Source: an uncultured Planifilum sp. (lineage in GTDB: Bacteria; Bacillota; Bacilli; Thermoactinomycetales; DSM-44946). From it: 64,000 bases of DNA. The position numbers and the translations under genes were made by a program. Shown piece after piece: positions 34,344 through 44,634 of this stretch. Location of the stretch: assembly GCA_937983105.1 (NCBI GenBank), contig CALKAM010000031.1:85553-149552 (forward strand). Reading direction: 5' to 3'. Under the pieces are notes generated by a model. It saw only the letters and a list, made by a program, of their open reading frames with translations, ran no database searches and was not told the DNA's origin. Numbering within the stretch: position 1 is the stretch's first letter; each line of letters begins with the position of its first letter.

Positions 34344-34763
34344 GTGCATGTCCGTTTCCAGACCCCTCACCAGTACGTCTTTATCCATGAAAACGTGAAA
34401 CACCTGCTGCTGATCTGGTCCAAAGAGTCCAAAAAACAACTGTTTGTGGCGGAAGAAGAGGAAAGCACCCTGGTGCTCCGCTACCCGGGGGAAACCTATA
34501 CCGAAACCGTCCTGGAACAGGTGGAACCCGTCTTCTTTCTCGATCTGGAGGGCGGTGTGGAAGCGATCCTGGGCGCCACCTTCTATCATCGGGGGCGTCT
34601 TATCGGCATGTATTACGACAAAAAACAGCCTTCGGGTCCCCCCTATTTCTTCGAAATCGAAGGCGGAGCCCCCTTGGAAATTCCCGACGAGGAATACCAG
34701 GAGGTCGTGCAGACCTTTGCGGAGGAGTTTCCCGAATATGTTTCGGAGGGGCCGGAAAAGTGA
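34344..34763 (+). CDS. Hypothetical acidic protein; C-terminus weakly DUF1292-like
   Basis: GGGAGG RBS, good codon usage; EIPDEEYQEVVQTF ending. Confidence 0.65.
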   Translation: MHVRFQTPHQYVFIHENVKHLLLIWSKESKKQLFVAEEEESTLVLRYPGETYTETVLEQVEPVFFLDLEGGVEAILGATFYHRGRLIGMYYDKKQPSGPPYFFEIEGGAPLEIPDEEYQEVVQTFAEEFPEYVSEGPEK

Positions 34764-34844
34764 ATTTGTGAAGCGGCGGACCCGTCATATTCCGGCGATT
34801 CCGGGGGATACTGCAAAAAAAGCGCAGCTAAAGGAGAGTCCGCC

Positions 34845-34985
34845 ATGAAGAAACGAAGGGAGAAAGCAGTCCGTCCCCCCGGCAACGAAGGCCAAAGCGC
34901 CAACCGACAGCCGGAGGCCGCCCGGGACCCGAGACCCGGACGCGGCGACAAAAAATTGGACGGCCCCAACATCCCGTCCACCTGA
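34845..34985 (+). CDS. 46-aa small acid-soluble spore protein, SspM-like
   Basis: MKKRREKAVRPPGNEGQSANRQPEAARDPRPGRGDKKLDGPNIPST ends like B. subtilis SspM as I recall it (DKKLGGPNRPST). AAGGAG RBS; sigG/F-like TCATA..GATACTG upstream. Not in the ORF track. Confidence 0.7.
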   Translation: MKKRREKAVRPPGNEGQSANRQPEAARDPRPGRGDKKLDGPNIPST

Positions 34986-34996
34986 TCGGAAACGAC

Positions 34997-35032
34997 AAAA
35001 AAGAGGCGGATGTTTTTCATCCGCCTCGAACC
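34997..35032. terminator. Hairpin terminator between convergent genes
   Basis: AAAAAAGAGGCGGATG-ttttt-CATCCGCCTC, 10-bp perfect stem, between the SspM-like gene and crr. Confidence 0.7.
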
Positions 35033-35034
35033 GC

Positions 35035-35604
35035 TTATTGGGAAGTTATTGCCACAATTTTCTCCTCGCCCTGCCGGGCCTCGGACTTCTTCAGCTCCAC
35101 CCTTTGTCCTTCCTGTAAGTTGGTGAACAGGACCGGGGTGATGGGGGAGGGCGCCTTGTCCCGGATCACGTCCAGATCCACTTCCATCAACTTTTGACCC
35201 GGCTTGACCGCATCCCCTTCAGCGATAAAGGACTTGAAACCCTCTCCCTGCAAGTTGACGGTATCGATCCCGATGTGAATCAGAATTTCCCGCCCGCCTT
35301 TGGAGCGGATGCCGATGGCGTGTTTGGTGGGGAACACATTGACGATTTCCCCCTCAACGGGAGAGACGACGACCCCCTCCGCCGGATCGATTGCGAAACC
35401 GTCGCCCATCATCTTCTGGGAAAAAACCTGGTCCGGCACTTCGGTGATCGGGAGCAGTTTGCCGGTCATCGGAGAAACGAAGGTTTCTTCCTCTCCGGTG
35501 GAGGGTCTTTCGGGGGGCTGCGCCGATGCCGATTCCCTCGTCTCCCCTTCCACCGATCCTTTTTTGATGAGACGTTGGAGTTTGCCAAGTGCCTGTTTAA
35601 ACAT
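35035..35604 (-). CDS. crr: Stand-alone PTS glucose-family EIIA (Crr/YpqE-like)
   Basis: [36 protein letters not shown]. Confidence 0.92.
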   Translation of the reverse strand: MFKQALGKLQRLIKKGSVEGETRESASAQPPERPSTGEEETFVSPMTGKLLPITEVPDQVFSQKMMGDGFAIDPAEGVVVSPVEGEIVNVFPTKHAIGIRSKGGREILIHIGIDTVNLQGEGFKSFIAEGDAVKPGQKLMEVDLDVIRDKAPSPITPVLFTNLQEGQRVELKKSEARQGEEKIVAITSQ

Positions 35605-35660
35605 CTTCCGACCCTTCCATTCCTTGTTCGTGATTTCGACTACCCATTTAGTATCTTCGA

Positions 35661-36662
<1,002 letters not shown>

Positions 36663-36995
36663 TTACGGATTTTCCAGCTTCTCCACCCGTTTTCTCAGGT
36701 CGTCAATCAGCCGATAATTTTGCACGAAGCGTTTAACCAGGTTCAATTCCGCCAGAGCGGTCATCAGATGGTCCTGGGCATGAATGGCGAGAAAACTTGG
36801 CGGATGATCCCCCGTCGACTGCACCAGATCCGTCTGCCATTTGTGCCCTTTCATCAACTCCTCTTCCGCCTGCTGGAGCAGCTCCTCCGCCTTTTCAAAC
36901 TGGAACTCCTCCGCCGCATCCAACGCTTCATAGGCGATGCCGCGGGCATTTCCTCCGTAAAGGACGAGATGATAAATGGCCTTTTCCAGATCCAT
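36663..36995 (-). CDS. PTS lactose/cellobiose-family EIIA
   Basis: GGNARG..YEAL, IHAQDHLM phospho-His motif. Confidence 0.92.
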   Translation of the reverse strand: MDLEKAIYHLVLYGGNARGIAYEALDAAEEFQFEKAEELLQQAEEELMKGHKWQTDLVQSTGDHPPSFLAIHAQDHLMTALAELNLVKRFVQNYRLIDDLRKRVEKLENP

Positions 36996-37017
36996 AACGG
37001 ATCACTCCTTCCTATCT

Positions 37018-38310
37018 TCAAGCCGTCTGGCCGGATTGCTCCTGTTCGATCAGCGTTTTTTCATAACGCTTGAAGAAGGGCCAGTAAATCAGGGCGGCGA
37101 TCACGGCATCCAGCACCTGTACCAAACCGGCGAGGATGGAACCGCCGGTGGCGATAAAGCCGCCGAGAAAGATCGGTACCGTAAAGGGGGGTTGAAGGAT
37201 CACCGGCGGCAAGATCCCGGTGGCAAACAGGATATAGTTGATGGTCACAATCACCGCCGGAGCCAGTACAAAGGGAATAAACAGGATCGGGTTCAACACG
37301 ATGGGAAGTCCGAAAATCACCGGTTCGTTGATGTTGAAGACCGCCGGGATCAAGGCGGTTTTCCCCACTTCCTTCAATTGGCGGGAGCGCGAGAACAACA
37401 TGAAGATGACCAGACCCCAGGTCGCTCCGGAACCCCCGATATGGGCAAACATGTGGAAAAAGGGCTCCGTCACGATGCCCTGGGCCACCTCTCCGGCGCT
37501 GACCGCATCGGCGTTTTCGGCCAGTTGCGTCATCCAGAAGGGATAGGCAACCGAAGATACCACATTCATTCCGTGGATCCCCATCCCCCAAAGCACCATC
37601 ATCAACAGAATCATGCCCAGGGCGGCGGGATAGGAGTTGGACGCCGCGACGAGGGGGCTGAACAATTCCAGGACCGCCTGCGGGATGGTGATGCCGAAAT
37701 TGGCCCAGACAATCCATTCCAGGATCCAGACGGTGGGCAGTATCAGCATAAAAGGAACCAGTACGCGGAACGTCCGCATCACGTACGGGGGGACTCCCGC
37801 CGGCAATTCAAAGGCAAATCCCCGTTTGATCAGCAAGCGCATCGCTTCGGTGGTCAAGATGCCCAAGATGATCGCAACGAACAATCCCTGACCACCGAGA
37901 TAATCCAATATCCTCCCAAAGGGAATCTTGGTGATGTCTTCTACCGGAAAGGCGGTCATCAAAAACGCCAGCATGGAAAGGATTCCCGCCATCACCGAAT
38001 CCACGTCCCGGCGCTCGCCGAGGCTGTACCCGATGCCGAAGGCGACCGTGACGGCCATGATGCCGAAGGTGAGCTGAAAAGGAAACAGAATCTGCGCCTG
38101 GATCGGTTCAATCGCCTTCGCCCACGCCTGAATCGGCGCCCACTCAATCGACGTGGGCGGGTTGGCGATAATGAGAAAAATCGCGCCCGTCAGAATGACC
38201 GGCAGCGCAAAGATGACAAAGGCATCCCGAATCGATTGGAGATAAATGTTTTGGGCCAATCGTCCGAGGGGTTCCATGAGACGGTTTTCCAGCCAATTTA
38301 CCATGTTCAT
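37018..38310 (-). CDS. PTS lactose/cellobiose-family EIIC
   Basis: IRDAF, GGQGLFVAII, GIHG, GGSGATWGL, FNINEPVIFGLPIVLNP. Confidence 0.93.
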   Translation of the reverse strand: MNMVNWLENRLMEPLGRLAQNIYLQSIRDAFVIFALPVILTGAIFLIIANPPTSIEWAPIQAWAKAIEPIQAQILFPFQLTFGIMAVTVAFGIGYSLGERRDVDSVMAGILSMLAFLMTAFPVEDITKIPFGRILDYLGGQGLFVAIILGILTTEAMRLLIKRGFAFELPAGVPPYVMRTFRVLVPFMLILPTVWILEWIVWANFGITIPQAVLELFSPLVAASNSYPAALGMILLMMVLWGMGIHGMNVVSSVAYPFWMTQLAENADAVSAGEVAQGIVTEPFFHMFAHIGGSGATWGLVIFMLFSRSRQLKEVGKTALIPAVFNINEPVIFGLPIVLNPILFIPFVLAPAVIVTINYILFATGILPPVILQPPFTVPIFLGGFIATGGSILAGLVQVLDAVIAALIYWPFFKRYEKTLIEQEQSGQTA

Positions 38311-38312
38311 GT

Positions 38313-38636
38313 TTACCGTCCCCTTTTCGTCATCGCCAACACTTGATCCAAAACCTTGTCCCCGTCCATCAAGGCGAAGGCGCGCTGATCGACGATTTCC
38401 AGCGGAATACCGTGTTCCTCGGCAACCTTGGACATTTCTTTCTTCAAGTGACGGACCTGGGGTTCCAGCAGGGCGACATTATACTGATCGGCCTTCTTTT
38501 TAAATTCGCCCGTTCCCCCCGCATCGGCTACCAATTCAACCCCCCGCTTGTCCGCCGCCTCCTTCACCTTTTTGGCCAGCTGACTGGAAGTTGCTCCCCA
38601 ACTGCACAAAATGATCAATCGAATCGGTTCGGCCAT
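38313..38636 (-). CDS. PTS lactose/cellobiose-family EIIB
   Basis: ILCSWGATSS phospho-Cys loop, LLEPQVR. Confidence 0.88.
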   Translation of the reverse strand: MAEPIRLIILCSWGATSSQLAKKVKEAADKRGVELVADAGGTGEFKKKADQYNVALLEPQVRHLKKEMSKVAEEHGIPLEIVDQRAFALMDGDKVLDQVLAMTKRGR

Positions 38637-38670
38637 GTAGATCCCTCCTCAACACTGGGATTGGATATCG

Positions 38671-38904
38671 TCACTTCCGCCGATTCAAGATGGCACTTCT
38701 CTCGGATTCGAATCGACGAATGTGGCTGAGCAGGCGACTGCTCAACCAGGTTGCAGCGATCAGAACGAGGACAAATCCGAGACTAAACGCCAACACTCTC
38801 TGGGAAAGCGGTCCTCCCTCGATCACGGCATGCACTCCAAAGGCAATCCAGATCAGCGAGAACACAGCGGCATAACCCGCCCAATAACGGCGACTCAAGG
38901 TCAT
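38671..38904 (-). CDS. Small two-TM hypothetical membrane protein
   Basis: GGGGGTGG RBS; two hydrophobic segments; first gene of the PTS-ldh run. Confidence 0.6.
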   Translation of the reverse strand: MTLSRRYWAGYAAVFSLIWIAFGVHAVIEGGPLSQRVLAFSLGFVLVLIAATWLSSRLLSHIRRFESERSAILNRRK

Positions 38905-38994
38905 CCACCCCCCTATCCCAACCCCTTTCAGTCAGAGCTTTCGCTTTCTTCATTTTCATTATACGTCCCGACCGGGGGGAAAGGGTTGAACAAT

Positions 38995-39012
38995 TGGTGA
39001 ACCATTTCACAA
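38995..39012. promoter_or_regulatory. Rex-like operator 1
   Basis: TGGTGAA-CCAT-TTCACAA versus TTGTGAA-N4-TTCACAA (1 mismatch). Confidence 0.6.
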
Positions 39013-39114
39013 ATAGATCGGCTCCCATCACCGCTCCCCCCGCGCCAACCGGCTTATAATCCGTTAAAATAGCTATCCTTTTTGTCAACTGCCAAAGTCA
39101 CTACCACTTTATTC

Positions 39115-39132
39115 TAGTGAAATATATCACAT
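39115..39132. promoter_or_regulatory. Rex-like operator 2 (also fits a Crp/Fnr-type TGTGA-N6-TCACA site)
   Basis: TAGTGAA-ATAT-ATCACAT (3 mismatches to the Rex consensus). Confidence 0.45.
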
Positions 39133-39141
39133 AGTGTTTTG

Positions 39142-39157
39142 TTATATCCGATATAAT
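39142..39157 (+). promoter_or_regulatory. Palindromic operator overlapping the treP -10 box
   Basis: Perfect TTATATC-C-GATATAA (39142-39156) overlapping TATAAT (39152-39157). Confidence 0.5.
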
Positions 39158-39283
39158 GGACTATGGGGACACCGCTGCACAGTTGACCAATCACGGTTTT
39201 TGAGCCATAATTCATGTGTTTGTCCTTATCCATCGAACGCGCTGTCACCGTTGTGTCCATCCTACAAAAAGAAGGTTTGTTCA

Positions 39284-40726
39284 TTGTCCAGGAATTATCG
39301 ACGAATTGCCGAGGAAATTTTACAAAGCATCGGTGGAAAAGAAAACCTCGAAAAAGCCGCCCATTGCGTAACAAGGCTTCGCCTGGTCTTGAAGGATGAG
39401 GGCAAGGTTGATTCGGATAAGCTTGAAAACATCGAGCTGGTGAAGGGCCATTTTACCAATGCAGGGGTTTTTCAAATCGTGATCGGCCCCAACGAAGTGG
39501 AAAAGGTTTACAAGGAGTTTGTGGACCTGGCCGGCGTTGATGCCTCCAACGTCTCGGAAGTCAAAAGTGTCGGGTCCCAAAAACTGAACCCCTTCCAGCG
39601 TTTGATCAAAACCTTTTCCGATGTCTTCATGCCCATCTTGCCAGCCATCATCACCGCCGGTTTATTGATGGGGATCAACAACCTCATCGGAGCCGAAGGC
39701 CTGTTCATCGAGGGAAAAAGCTTGCTGGAGGCCTATCCCCACCTGGAAGGCCTTTGGGATCTCATTAACACGATGGCCAACACCGCCTTCGTCTTCCTCC
39801 CCGCCATCGTCGGTTGGTCCGCGGCCAAGCGGTTCGGGGGATCGGAGATTCTGGGTATCGTGCTGGGGCTGCTCCTGGTCCACCCTGATCTCTTGAACGC
39901 TTGGAACTACGGAAAAGCGGCGGCGGGAATCGAAGGGGAAGTTCCCTACTTCGACATTCTCGGCCTTTTCCAAATCGAAAAAGTGGGTTACCAGGGACAG
40001 ATCCTGCCGGTGTTTGTGGCGGCCTATGTCCTGAGCGTCGTTGAAAAATGGCTGAGAAAGCGGGTTCCCAACGCCATTCAGCTGTTGGTGGTCCCCATCA
40101 CGACGATCGTGATCACCGGGGGACTCGCCCTGGCGATCATCGGTCCCGTCACCCGTCACCTCGGGGATTTGCTGACCCAGGGAATCGTGATGGTCTACGA
40201 AGCCGCCCCGGCGGTGGGAGCCTTCCTGTTCGGTGCGCTGTACGCTCCCCTGGTGATCACGGGGATGCACCACATGTTCATCGCCGTCGACCTGCAACTG
40301 ATCACCCAAAACGGGGGAACGTTCATCTGGCCGATGATCGCCCTGTCCAACATCGCCCAGGGAAGCGCGGCCCTCGCCATGTTCTGGCTCGCCAAAAACG
40401 CCAACGAAAAGAGCATGGCTTCCACATCGGCCTTGTCCGCCTATTTCGGGATCACGGAGCCGGCGATGTTCGGTGTGAACCTGCGGCATAAATTCCCCTT
40501 CTACGCGGCGATCACCGGCTCCGCCTTGGCCGCAGTCTTCATCTCCCTCAACGGCGTGTTGGCACCCGCCATCGGCGTCGGGGGATTGCCGGCCTTCATC
40601 TCCATCATGGTGGAACACATTCCGATGTTCCTGGTCGGCATGGCGATCGTCCTGGTCGTCCCCTTCCTGCTCACGGTTCTGCTTTACAATCTCAGCAAGA
40701 AAAGGGCCCAAAAATCCCAGGCCTGA
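39284..40726 (+). CDS. treP: PTS trehalose-specific EIIBC
   Basis: HCVTRLRL, NAGVFQIVIG, GYQGQILP, ITGMHH, FGITEPAMFGVN; upstream of a trehalose-6-P hydrolase. Likely TTG start at 39284. Confidence 0.92.
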   Translation: MSRNYRRIAEEILQSIGGKENLEKAAHCVTRLRLVLKDEGKVDSDKLENIELVKGHFTNAGVFQIVIGPNEVEKVYKEFVDLAGVDASNVSEVKSVGSQKLNPFQRLIKTFSDVFMPILPAIITAGLLMGINNLIGAEGLFIEGKSLLEAYPHLEGLWDLINTMANTAFVFLPAIVGWSAAKRFGGSEILGIVLGLLLVHPDLLNAWNYGKAAAGIEGEVPYFDILGLFQIEKVGYQGQILPVFVAAYVLSVVEKWLRKRVPNAIQLLVVPITTIVITGGLALAIIGPVTRHLGDLLTQGIVMVYEAAPAVGAFLFGALYAPLVITGMHHMFIAVDLQLITQNGGTFIWPMIALSNIAQGSAALAMFWLAKNANEKSMASTSALSAYFGITEPAMFGVNLRHKFPFYAAITGSALAAVFISLNGVLAPAIGVGGLPAFISIMVEHIPMFLVGMAIVLVVPFLLTVLLYNLSKKRAQKSQA

Positions 40727-40829
40727 TCTCCAAAGAAACGGGGCCGGTTTCCCGGAAGCGATCTGCGGAAACCAGCCCCTCTCCCTTTTTTTCACCTCGT
40801 CTCGACATCACCGCAAGGAGGCGAATCCC

Positions 40830-42494
40830 ATGAAAAACCTCAGAAACGAAGACTGGAGAAAATCCGTCATCTATCAGATCTACCCCAAAAGCTTTTACAG
40901 CGCCAAAAACCAACCCACCGGAGATCTCGCGGGCATCATCGAAAAACTGGACTACCTCGCCTTTTTGGGCGTCGATTACCTTTGGCTGACACCGATTTAT
41001 CCCTCCCCGCAACGGGACAACGGCTATGATGTGAGCGATTATCGCGCCATCGATCCCCGCTACGGAACGATGGAGGAGTTCAAAACGCTGCTCGAGGAAG
41101 CGCGCCGGCGCAAGATCGGAATCATCATGGACATGGTGTTCAACCACACATCCACGGATCACAAATGGTTTCAGGAGGCCCGCAAATCCCCGGACAACCC
41201 GTACCGCTCCTATTACATCTGGCGGGATCAGCCCAACAACTGGAAGTCCAAGTTCGGGGGTTCCGCCTGGGAATACGACGAGGTGGCCCAGCAATATTAC
41301 CTGCATCTGTTCGACAAAACCCAGGCGGATTTGAATTGGGAAAACGAAGAGGTGCGGCGGGAGATTTACAAAATCATGAAGTTTTGGGCCGATATGGGCG
41401 TCGCGGGATTCCGCCTGGATGTCATCAATCTGATCTCCAAGGATCAGCGCTTTCCGGATGCCATCGGAGAGGGACCGATGAACGACGGTCGCAAGTTTTA
41501 CACCGACGGACCGAGGGTCCACGAGTTCCTTCAGGAAATGCACCGGGAAGTGCTGGAGGGCACCAATCTGATCACCGTAGGGGAAATGTCCTCCACCACC
41601 ATCGAACACGGGGTGAAATACTCCCGGCCGGATCGGAAGGAACTCAATATGATCTTCAGCTTCCATCACATGAAGGTGGATTATCCCGACGGCGAGAAGT
41701 GGGTAAAAGGCTCCTTCGACCTGCGGAAATTGAAAAAGGTGATGTCCGAATGGCAGAAGGGGATGTACGAAGGCGGGGGATGGAACGCCCTCTTCTGGTG
41801 CAACCACGATCAGCCCCGCATCGTGTCCCGGTTCGGAAACGAAACCATCTACCGGCGCGAGTCGGCCACCATGCTGGCCACGGCTTTGCACATGCTTCAG
41901 GGCACTCCCTACATTTATCAGGGAGAAGAAATCGGGATGACCAACCCCCATTTTGATTCCATCGATGAATACCGCGATGTGGAAACCCTGAACGCCTACC
42001 GCCTTCACCCGGACAAAGAGGCCATCATGGAAGCGATCAAACAAAAATCCCGGGACAACTCGCGCACACCCATGCAGTGGAACAGCGAAAAATACGCCGG
42101 ATTTTCCACCACCGAACCCTGGATCAACGTCGCTCCCAATTACAAGGAGATCAACGTGGAAAACGCCCTCCAGGATCCGCGTTCCATCCTCTATCACTAC
42201 AAAGAACTGATCCGGCTGAGGAAAACCTACGATATCATCACCTACGGAAAATACGAACTTCTCCTGGAAGACCACCCCCGCATCTGGGCCTATACCCGAA
42301 GCCTGGAAGACGAAGCGCTTTTGGTGGTGAACAACTTCTCTGAAGAGGAGGCCGAATTTATCCTGCCGGAAGGTCTCCCCTTTGCCCATTGGAACAGCCG
42401 AGTGCTCATCGCCAACTACGAGGACGCTCCCAACGATTTCCGGCGCATCCCGCTCAGGCCCTATGAATCCGTCGTCTTCCACTTCACTCGGTAA
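40830..42494 (+). CDS. treA: Alpha,alpha-phosphotrehalase (trehalose-6-phosphate hydrolase, GH13)
   Basis: IYQIYPKSF, DNGYDVSDY, GFRLDVIN, TVGEM, NHDQPR, SRDNSRTPMQW. Confidence 0.93.
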   Translation: MKNLRNEDWRKSVIYQIYPKSFYSAKNQPTGDLAGIIEKLDYLAFLGVDYLWLTPIYPSPQRDNGYDVSDYRAIDPRYGTMEEFKTLLEEARRRKIGIIMDMVFNHTSTDHKWFQEARKSPDNPYRSYYIWRDQPNNWKSKFGGSAWEYDEVAQQYYLHLFDKTQADLNWENEEVRREIYKIMKFWADMGVAGFRLDVINLISKDQRFPDAIGEGPMNDGRKFYTDGPRVHEFLQEMHREVLEGTNLITVGEMSSTTIEHGVKYSRPDRKELNMIFSFHHMKVDYPDGEKWVKGSFDLRKLKKVMSEWQKGMYEGGGWNALFWCNHDQPRIVSRFGNETIYRRESATMLATALHMLQGTPYIYQGEEIGMTNPHFDSIDEYRDVETLNAYRLHPDKEAIMEAIKQKSRDNSRTPMQWNSEKYAGFSTTEPWINVAPNYKEINVENALQDPRSILYHYKELIRLRKTYDIITYGKYELLLEDHPRIWAYTRSLEDEALLVVNNFSEEEAEFILPEGLPFAHWNSRVLIANYEDAPNDFRRIPLRPYESVVFHFTR

Positions 42495-42637
42495 TATCAC
42501 GCATCGGTCAACGAGGGAGGCCATTTTTCACCACACAGTAGCGAAAAATCGCCTCTTATCCCGGTTTTGAGGTTTGTCTGCAATCTCCCCGGACGATCCC
42601 GTCCGGGTTTTCTGCAGATTTGCCCTTCACTACCCCT

Positions 42638-42680
42638 TGTAACCGGTGTGCAATCGGTTTGTGACGAATTGGATTATAAT
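42638..42680 (+). promoter_or_regulatory. Triple heptamer direct repeat plus -10 upstream of the secreted esterase
   Basis: TGTAACC-ggtg-TGCAATC-ggtt-TGTGACG-8 nt-TATAAT; no canonical -35. Confidence 0.7.
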
Positions 42681-42719
42681 TTTGAATAGATCGACGATGA
42701 TAGAGGGGAGGTGAACGGC

Positions 42720-43721
42720 ATGCAAGTCCCCCGGAATCGGAAACGCGTCCCCTGGATTCTTGTCCTAACCCTCATAACCGGCGTAGCGTTCGCGGCAGCG
42801 GGGTACAAACCGGTCTCGGCCGCCGGGAGCTTCACCCGGCATCCGTACGAAGACGGCTTCCAGTTCAAAGTGTATGTTCCCGAAGGCTACGCGGGGGAAC
42901 CGGTCCCGCTCATGGTCATGCTTCACGGTTGCACCCAGAATGCCGATGATTTTGCGGCGGGTACGCAGATGAATCGATTGGCGGATGAAGAAAATTTCAT
43001 CGTCCTCTATCCGGAGATGAATCCCGCGGCCAATATCAACCGCTGCTGGAATTGGTTTTCCGACGCCCACCAGCACCGGGGTTCCGGGGAACCCGCCATC
43101 ATCAAGGGAATGGTGGATTGGGTGAAAAGCCATTACCGGATCGACGGAAACCGGGTCTATGTCGCCGGGCTGTCGGCGGGGGGCGCCATGAGCGTGATCC
43201 TGGGCGCCGCGTATCCCGATGTTTTCCGCGGGGTAGGGGTTCATTCCGGATTGGCATACGATGCGGCCAATTCTTTGCTGGAGGCGACGCTGGCCATGCT
43301 GTACGGGGGTCCGGATCCGGCGACGAAGGGGCATTTGGCCTACAGGGAGATGGGCGACCACAAGCGGTTGATGCCGGTCCTGGTTTTCCACGGTACCGCC
43401 GACTACACCGTCGCCCCCGTCAACGGCGACCAAACCCTCGCCCAATGGGCCCAGACCAACGATTACGCCGACGATGGCAGCGACAATGGGTCGGTGGATG
43501 ATAATGCGGATCAAACCATCACCGGAAGCGCCAACGGGCGGTCCTACACCCGGTATGTCTACCACGACGGTCGCGGCAGCCCCCTGATGGAAAAATGGAT
43601 CGTCAACGGATTGGGACACGCCTGGTCCGGAGGAAGCAGCTCCGGGTCCTACGCCGATCCCCGGGGTCCGGAGGCGAGCCGCATCCTGTGGAATTTCTTT
43701 GCCTCCCGCGAAGGCAGTTAG
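42720..43721 (+). CDS. Secreted PHB-depolymerase-family (LpqC-type) esterase
   Basis: Signal peptide (RKR..LVLTLITGVAFAA), MLHGCTQ oxyanion motif, CWNWF, VAGLSAGGAM lipase box, FHGTADYTV, GLGHAWSGG; ATG at 42720 after GGAGGTG. Confidence 0.88.
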   Translation: MQVPRNRKRVPWILVLTLITGVAFAAAGYKPVSAAGSFTRHPYEDGFQFKVYVPEGYAGEPVPLMVMLHGCTQNADDFAAGTQMNRLADEENFIVLYPEMNPAANINRCWNWFSDAHQHRGSGEPAIIKGMVDWVKSHYRIDGNRVYVAGLSAGGAMSVILGAAYPDVFRGVGVHSGLAYDAANSLLEATLAMLYGGPDPATKGHLAYREMGDHKRLMPVLVFHGTADYTVAPVNGDQTLAQWAQTNDYADDGSDNGSVDDNADQTITGSANGRSYTRYVYHDGRGSPLMEKWIVNGLGHAWSGGSSSGSYADPRGPEASRILWNFFASREGS

Positions 43722-43737
43722 GCGCGCTTTACCACCG

Positions 43738-44631
43738 TTATTCGTCGAGGAACCGCGTCACCCGGCCCAACAATTGCTCCGGATCGTCCACCAGCGGAGA
43801 ATGGCCGCAGTCGACCAGACCCACCGGCCGGGCGCCCGATCCGATGTCCTCCACAATCTCCAGGGCCATCCTCTCCGGCACCACCCGGTCGCGATCCCCC
43901 CACAGCACCAGGGTGGGAGCGACGATCCGCTCCGCCTCCCCCGTCCCATCCACCAGTCCGTTGTGCCGATCACTGATATTGAAGGTATTCAGCGCGTGAT
44001 ACACATCCACCAAATTCCGCTGGGTCAGGATATCCTCCAGATACGCCTCATACCGATCCGGATCGGGACGGCGATGGGTGTAGATGAGCATTTCCCACAG
44101 GTTGCGGAGAAACTGCTTGTCCCGCTGCCTCAGAGCCCGCAGGATCGGGAGCGTTTTGCCCGGATCGCCGGCGATCTCCGCCCTGGTCGACAGCCGCCGG
44201 CCCGTGGGCTGCCCCTTTTCGTCGGTCCCATAAAAGGGGTAGCCCCGGGTCGACACCGAAGCGAGGAGAACCAGTTTTTCCACCTGCTCCGGGCGATCCG
44301 CCGCCAGGTGCATGGCCACCCCGCCTCCCATCGACCAGCCCATGACCGAATAGCGTTCCAATCCCAGGGCGTCGATCCACTCCTTCACATCCGCTGCAAA
44401 ATCCCGAAGGGACTCCACCGGACGGCGATAGGTGGAAAGGCCGAATCCCCGCAGATCGACGGCATACACCCTGAACCGTCCGTCGATCCGCTCCAGGACC
44501 ACATCCCAATGGACGGAGGACGTCATATTTCCGTGGATCAGGACCAGCGGCCGCTCCCCTCCCTCCCGCATTCGATAACCCAGCTTCTCCCCATTGGACA
44601 GCTCCACCGTGCCGATGCGTATCGGCCTCAC
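43738..44631 (-). CDS. Alpha/beta hydrolase resembling Bacillus intracellular PHB depolymerase PhaZ
   Basis: IHGNMTSS, DLRGFG.STY, GWSMGG lipase box (the G-W-S-M-G box reported for B. thuringiensis PhaZ), WGDRD, CGHSPL; no signal peptide. Confidence 0.8.
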   Translation of the reverse strand: MRPIRIGTVELSNGEKLGYRMREGGERPLVLIHGNMTSSVHWDVVLERIDGRFRVYAVDLRGFGLSTYRRPVESLRDFAADVKEWIDALGLERYSVMGWSMGGGVAMHLAADRPEQVEKLVLLASVSTRGYPFYGTDEKGQPTGRRLSTRAEIAGDPGKTLPILRALRQRDKQFLRNLWEMLIYTHRRPDPDRYEAYLEDILTQRNLVDVYHALNTFNISDRHNGLVDGTGEAERIVAPTLVLWGDRDRVVPERMALEIVEDIGSGARPVGLVDCGHSPLVDDPEQLLGRVTRFLDE

Positions 44632-44634
44632 GGA

